DNA of 30,647 bases, from the NCBI GenBank assembly GCA_041739995.1, contig JBGSMV010000013.1, positions 1-30,647 on the forward strand, in the 5' to 3' direction. The position numbers and the translations under genes were made by a program. Under the pieces are notes generated by a model. It was not told the DNA's origin and did not search any database. It worked only from the letters and a program-made list of their open reading frames with translations. How positions within the stretch are numbered: position 1 is the first letter of the stretch; each line of letters starts with the position of its first letter. The stretch is from Bdellovibrionota bacterium. GTDB lineage: Bacteria > Bdellovibrionota_C > UBA2361 > JBGSMV01. Shown one piece after another: positions 26,234 to 30,647 of the stretch.

Positions 26234-27349
26234 ATGACTTCATTGTTTGACCCTTTGGACTGTGGGACCTTGTCGCTCCCTAATCGAGTGATCATGGCAC
26301 CTCTTACTCGATTACGAAGTAAGCAGCCGGGAAACATTCCTTGGGAACTCAATGCTGAATATTATGCGCAGCGTGCTTCCGCGGGACTTCTCATCTCGGA
26401 AGCAACCCAAATTTGCCCACAGGGGCAGGGCTATCCGGCCTCGCCTGGCATTCACTCTGTCGAACAAGTGCAGGGTTGGAAGAAGGTCACCCAAGCGGTG
26501 CATGAGCAGGGTGGTCGAATTTTTCTGCAACTATGGCATGTCGGAAGAATCTCGCACTCGTCGTTTCAGCCCGACGGCGGAGCTCCGGTTGCGCCTTCCG
26601 CCCTTCGAGTGTCCGGGAAGAAGACTTTGACGAGTGACTGGAAGCAGGTTGACTTTGAGATGCCACGTGCTCTTGAAACCGAAGAAATTCCCGGTATCGT
26701 GAATCAGTATGCTCTGGCCGCGATAAATGCCAAGGAAGCCAACTTCGATGGTGTTGAGGTGCATGGCGCGAATGGATACCTGCTGGATCAGTTCCTTCAA
26801 GATGGAACTAATCATAGAACTGACCGCTATGGTGGTTCGATTGAGGGGCGATCGCGGCTGCTACTAGGAGTGGTGGATGCGGTCAAAAAGGTATGGGGAG
26901 CTGATCGCGTGGGAGTGAGGCTTTCGCCTTTTGGGACTTTTAATGACATGCACGACAGCGATCCAAAGGCGCTGTTTTCGTATGTGCTCGGTGAGCTCAG
27001 TAGAAGAGCAATTGCGTATGTGCATTTGATTGAGCCACGGGCATTGCCGTCGACCCAGGATGAGAATCTGGCCGGAGTGCCTGAGACTGCTAAGCTGTTC
27101 AGAGGATCGTTCGCTGGTGTGCTTATTTCAGCAGGAGGATACGACCGAGAAGATGCGATAAAGGCTATAGAGGAGTGCCGTGCCGATGCGATCGCCTTTG
27201 GGCGACTATTTATTGCGAATCCTGATCTTCCCAAACGTCTCGCACAGAACAGCGAACTAAATAGTTACGATCGTGACACTTTCTATGGTGGCGAGGCTAG
27301 AGGGTACACTGACTATCCAGCGTTACCACCAGCGTTAGTTGAAAGCTAA
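26234..27349 (+). CDS. nemA: old yellow enzyme family alkene reductase (N-ethylmaleimide reductase-like)
   Basis: NRVIMAPLTR, YYAQRASAGLLISEAT, QLWHVGRISH, EVHGANGYLLDQFL, FGRLFIANPDL, TFYGG...GYTDYP. Confidence 0.93.
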   Translation: MTSLFDPLDCGTLSLPNRVIMAPLTRLRSKQPGNIPWELNAEYYAQRASAGLLISEATQICPQGQGYPASPGIHSVEQVQGWKKVTQAVHEQGGRIFLQLWHVGRISHSSFQPDGGAPVAPSALRVSGKKTLTSDWKQVDFEMPRALETEEIPGIVNQYALAAINAKEANFDGVEVHGANGYLLDQFLQDGTNHRTDRYGGSIEGRSRLLLGVVDAVKKVWGADRVGVRLSPFGTFNDMHDSDPKALFSYVLGELSRRAIAYVHLIEPRALPSTQDENLAGVPETAKLFRGSFAGVLISAGGYDREDAIKAIEECRADAIAFGRLFIANPDLPKRLAQNSELNSYDRDTFYGGEARGYTDYPALPPALVES

Positions 27350-27351
27350 GG

Positions 27352-28356
27352 CTAAGACAGCCCTGGAATTGAATATGAGCCGTGATGCAGCCACGACATC
27401 TGAATTCGTGGACTGCCAGATTTGCCTGAATCTTTCGGGCCCGAGCATACAAGGGTGAGAGGTTGGCCATTCGGGGCTAAGCTCGTAGGGCTCTGAAGCC
27501 AAACTATCGCATCAGCATTTCGTGGCCTAAACGTGCCATGCAGCAGGCCTCGTGCTGAGCCAAGTGACTCGACGGCCTCAGTCCAGCGTGAGCCCACGAT
27601 TGCGCAGTGCTCATGCATTTTTGACCAGAGAGTGTCGTGGATATCTTGCAAGGAGTCGGTACGTGGCGCCGCGCGAACGTTTAATTTTCCGAGCTGTTCG
27701 TTCGGGATAAGCGCCCACACCAGATCTGACATCCCTTCGAGCTTATGAGGGATCGGCGCAGATGAGTAGCGTCCAGCCAAAAACTCAGTGAGAAGTGCAA
27801 TGCGCTCCTGGCCCGGGAGAACCCCTTCGTGAAGTTGGGCGCGAAAAGTGGTTTCGTCCAAGCCGCGAATGCGGAAGCGTTGTGCTTCTACAGTGATGTC
27901 ATCGTGAACAGCGAGCACCTCTGGATTTGCCATGGATGCAAAGTCCTCATTGCGGTTTAGCCAGCGCAGGGTCGCTTGTCCTATTTTGGGGTGCAGCGAT
28001 ACCGAAGCGATCGGATATGCACAGGCAGTGGTCAGCTGGTCGCCATTTGCCACGGTAATCCGACCTGACAGCGGTCGAAATATAATCTTTTGCTCTTCCG
28101 GTAGGTCACTCTTTGAAAGAGCGCGCGTAACTCGAATCGTGTCGAGTGCTCCGGAAAGCAGAGTCATGACAAGTCCGTCCTCGATCGACAGGTGCTCTCG
28201 TTCCCGATGCCACTCCAAAGGATTTCGGTCAGCAAAATAGCGCTTGACCGAGGGAAGAGATCGACCGCCAAAGTGCTCAATGAGAGTATTCTTGCTGTCA
28301 GCGGCTGTTTCCGATGTGACAGCGGGCCGGGCTTGTCCGTTGTTTTGGTGCGTCAT
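27352..28356 (-). CDS. hypothetical protein
   Basis: 334-aa ORF convergent with nemA (2-nt gap) and divergent from regB. No motif recognised. Confidence 0.7.
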   Translation of the reverse strand: MTHQNNGQARPAVTSETAADSKNTLIEHFGGRSLPSVKRYFADRNPLEWHREREHLSIEDGLVMTLLSGALDTIRVTRALSKSDLPEEQKIIFRPLSGRITVANGDQLTTACAYPIASVSLHPKIGQATLRWLNRNEDFASMANPEVLAVHDDITVEAQRFRIRGLDETTFRAQLHEGVLPGQERIALLTEFLAGRYSSAPIPHKLEGMSDLVWALIPNEQLGKLNVRAAPRTDSLQDIHDTLWSKMHEHCAIVGSRWTEAVESLGSARGLLHGTFRPRNADAIVWLQSPTSLAPNGQPLTLVCSGPKDSGKSGSPRIQMSWLHHGSYSIPGLS

Positions 28357-28420
28357 GACAGTGGTATTATGGCGTACTATATAATAGTTGCCTCGTAGCA
28401 GCCTTCAAACTGATGTCGAA

Positions 28421-28436
28421 GGCGAGTCGACTCGCC
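28421..28436. promoter_or_regulatory. perfect 16-bp palindrome in the divergent promoter region upstream of regB
   Basis: GGCGAGTCGACTCGCC is self-complementary. TATAAT occurs at 28380-28385. Confidence 0.4.
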
Positions 28437-28608
28437 GCAATATTCGACAGAATGGCAGGAATTGACTAGAAAATACAAGAAGTTGTGTAGGTTGCAGGAG
28501 CAGCGTCTGAGATGAAGGGGTTTACTTATTCCCTGAGCCACCCTACACAGCCTCAAGGCAGCACCGAGAAATTGTTCAACCTGAGGGGCGTTACGGGAGT
28601 CGATTGTC

Positions 28609-29991
28609 ATGAGTATGAATTCATCTTCCCCTGGCATGAGTGACTGTTTAACCACCAATGGCTCTCGAGTTGAGACCGTTGTCGGCATGCGTGATGTGGC
28701 TTCCCGTGGCGTGGTCTTTTGTGATGTCGAGAATAGCCTAGCCTGGCTTGTTCGGTTGCGCTGGCTCGCGATAGTTGGGCAGTTGTTGCTAGTCCTGGCG
28801 GCGCCTTACGTCCTTGTTGATCGGATAGAGACCTTTCCTTTGTTTTTGATTCTACTCGCCTGTGCAGCAAGCAACTTGGTGCTGCAAAGAGCGAGCTCAA
28901 GTAAAAGAAGGGTGGCGACAAGCGGCGGCGTGAGAATTACGGCTCGTACGCTCGGCGTTATTCTCCTGTTCGACGTCGCTGCACTTACCGGGTTGTTGTT
29001 CTTTACGGGCGGTGCAGCCAATCCGTTTGGTTTTTTCTACGTGCTTCATGTTGCCCTGGCGGCGCTACTGCTCGGAGAGCGGTGGGCCTGGGGCATCGCC
29101 GCTCTGTCAGTGCTGCTCTATGGGGCGCTATTTTTTGTTCATGTACCGGTGGCAGAGCTTAGTTCTCATGGTAGCCACCATGACAGTTCATTATCGTTGC
29201 ATCTGCAAGGCATGTGGGTCGCGTTTGCGCTGGTGTCTGCCATGCTTGCGTTTTTCTTTACGCGTATCTTGAGAGACATGCATCGTCAGCGCGATCAGTT
29301 GAGGATGGCTCAAGAGCGTATGCAAAGGGCTGAACGCCTCTCGGCCGTGACTGCTATGGGAGCGACCGCGGCTCATGAACTGAATACACCTCTATGCACC
29401 ATTGCGGTCGCGGCTGGCGAGATGATGGAGGGGCTTAAAGAAATTCAAGCACGTCCAGAGCTAGTCGCTGATGCACAGCTAATCGCTGGTCAAGTTTCCC
29501 TCTGTCGTGAGGTGTTGCAGCGGCTTCGTCGCGCCAGTGGAGATTTTGAGGGACAAGTACTTAACGAGATAACCCTGGAAGAGGTTGTTACTGAGGTGCG
29601 CTCCCGCCTTTCCGACAGTGAGAGCGCGCGCGTGCTGATCGATCCGGGTAGCGAGAGAGTCTCTCTTCGGGTCCCTAGAGATGTCTTCGTAGATATCTTG
29701 AGAGCGTTGGTGCAAAACGCACTCGAAGCGAGTGCTAAGTCTGCTATTAGGGTGCAAGCAACCCGAGCCGCTGCTACTCAGGTCATCCAGGTGCAAGACA
29801 GTGGGAAGGGAATTAGCGAGGATATTCGTACGCGCCTTGGTGAACCGTTTGTGACTTCGAAAGTTGGCGGCACGGGACTTGGGTTGGGCGTGTTTCTGGC
29901 AAAGAGCATGGTGGAGCGGATGAGGGGAGCCTTACAGTTTGTTTCAACGCTTGGCGAGGGCACAACCGTGATTATTGAGTTGCCCGCATGA
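28609..29991 (+). CDS. regB: RegB/PrrB/ActS-family redox sensor histidine kinase
   Basis: WLVRLRWLAIVGQL, TGGAANPF (GGxxNPF), AAHELNTPL H-box, LCREVL Cys, and N/G boxes (VQNALEA, DSGKGI, GEPFVTSK, GTGLGLG). The start may be 28687. Confidence 0.85.
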   Translation: MSMNSSSPGMSDCLTTNGSRVETVVGMRDVASRGVVFCDVENSLAWLVRLRWLAIVGQLLLVLAAPYVLVDRIETFPLFLILLACAASNLVLQRASSSKRRVATSGGVRITARTLGVILLFDVAALTGLLFFTGGAANPFGFFYVLHVALAALLLGERWAWGIAALSVLLYGALFFVHVPVAELSSHGSHHDSSLSLHLQGMWVAFALVSAMLAFFFTRILRDMHRQRDQLRMAQERMQRAERLSAVTAMGATAAHELNTPLCTIAVAAGEMMEGLKEIQARPELVADAQLIAGQVSLCREVLQRLRRASGDFEGQVLNEITLEEVVTEVRSRLSDSESARVLIDPGSERVSLRVPRDVFVDILRALVQNALEASAKSAIRVQATRAAATQVIQVQDSGKGISEDIRTRLGEPFVTSKVGGTGLGLGVFLAKSMVERMRGALQFVSTLGEGTTVIIELPA

Positions 29992-30596
29992 TGGACGGTC
30001 CAATGTCTTCCGAAGTGGTGATAGGCGACGCGGATGACGATCTTGCATCCGGTTCTGCGCAGGCTAAGGTTTTGATCGTCGACGACGACAAAGTATTTCG
30101 TGAAAGGCTCTCTCTCGCCTTTTCTCGACATGGCTATGTCTCCTACGCTGCTGGTTCAGTGACTGAGGCGCGCGAAATGCTGGATCGCTACGCACCGTCG
30201 CATGTGGTGGTGGATTTGCGGTTGGCTGCAGAGAGCGGTCTTGAAGTGGTGGAGCAGGCCGCGTCTCGGACCGGTTGCCGGGTAGTCATGCTCACCGGCT
30301 ACGGTAGCATTGCAACGGCACTCGAGGCTGTTCGTCTTGGCGCGGTGGACTATGTTGCGAAACCCGCGGGGTTTTTAGAAATCGAGGCTGCTCTTTTCGG
30401 AAAGAAGCCTTCGGAGGGTGCTCCTGAGCTGGCGCAGGCGAGCGTGGAGACGCCGTCCTTGGATAAAGTTGCTTGGGAGCACATGCAGCGAGTGCTGCAT
30501 GATTCGGACGGAAACGTGACTCAAGCTGCCAAGCGACTTGGAATACATAGACAGGCTTTGCAACGGCGGCTTAAGAAGACGGCTCCTCGCCGTTAG
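29988..30596 (+). CDS. regA: RegA/PrrA/ActR-family response regulator (REC plus Fis-type HTH)
   Basis: VDDD, VVDLRL, LTGYGSIATALEAVRLGAVDYVAKP, WEHMQRVL..SDGNVTQAAKRLGIHRQALQRRL. ATGA overlap with the regB stop. Confidence 0.9.
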   Translation: MMDGPMSSEVVIGDADDDLASGSAQAKVLIVDDDKVFRERLSLAFSRHGYVSYAAGSVTEAREMLDRYAPSHVVVDLRLAAESGLEVVEQAASRTGCRVVMLTGYGSIATALEAVRLGAVDYVAKPAGFLEIEAALFGKKPSEGAPELAQASVETPSLDKVAWEHMQRVLHDSDGNVTQAAKRLGIHRQALQRRLKKTAPRR

Positions 30597-30647
30597 GCCC
30601 ATCGCCAGAGTGTTTCTACCTCAGAGTTCAGTGCAACGATTTGTTGC

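Noticed and set aside
1..30647. CRISPR array, tRNA, rRNA, known riboswitch, prophage or defence system
   Set aside because: No regularly spaced repeats, cloverleafs, riboswitch consensus or hallmark genes were recognised by eye. An Rfam/tRNAscan run would be needed to exclude weak cases.

Overview
Bacterial chromosomal window of about 50-55% GC (estimated by eye). The gene style suggests a Bdellovibrionota/deltaproteobacterium-like organism; this is an inference only. From left to right it holds: the 3' end of a probable Y1/RAYT-like transposase; a P1B-5-type (PCP/QExxD) heavy-metal ATPase; small lipoproteins including DUF3313; a VF530 protein; a scar where two 5'-truncated protease fragments meet back to back; an exported arylsulfatase - HAD hydrolase - octaheme cytochrome c/HEAT/TPR operon followed by a DUF442-like protein; an MFS transporter; an NADPH-dependent FMN reductase; an atypical copper nitrite reductase operon; AsmA; a secreted beta-helix protein; an ABC-F ATPase; a CBS protein; an old-yellow-enzyme alkene reductase; and a RegB/RegA-type redox two-component pair. 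The nitrite reductase (NirK) has three domains, Ser in place of the catalytic Asp, a Gln axial ligand and a C-terminal cupredoxin. It is interrupted by one in-frame TAA, followed by a monoheme cytochrome c and preceded by a perfect operator-like palindrome. The two most interesting items are the NirK/cytochrome c locus and the sulfatase-octaheme module. No rRNA, tRNA or CRISPR array was recognised.
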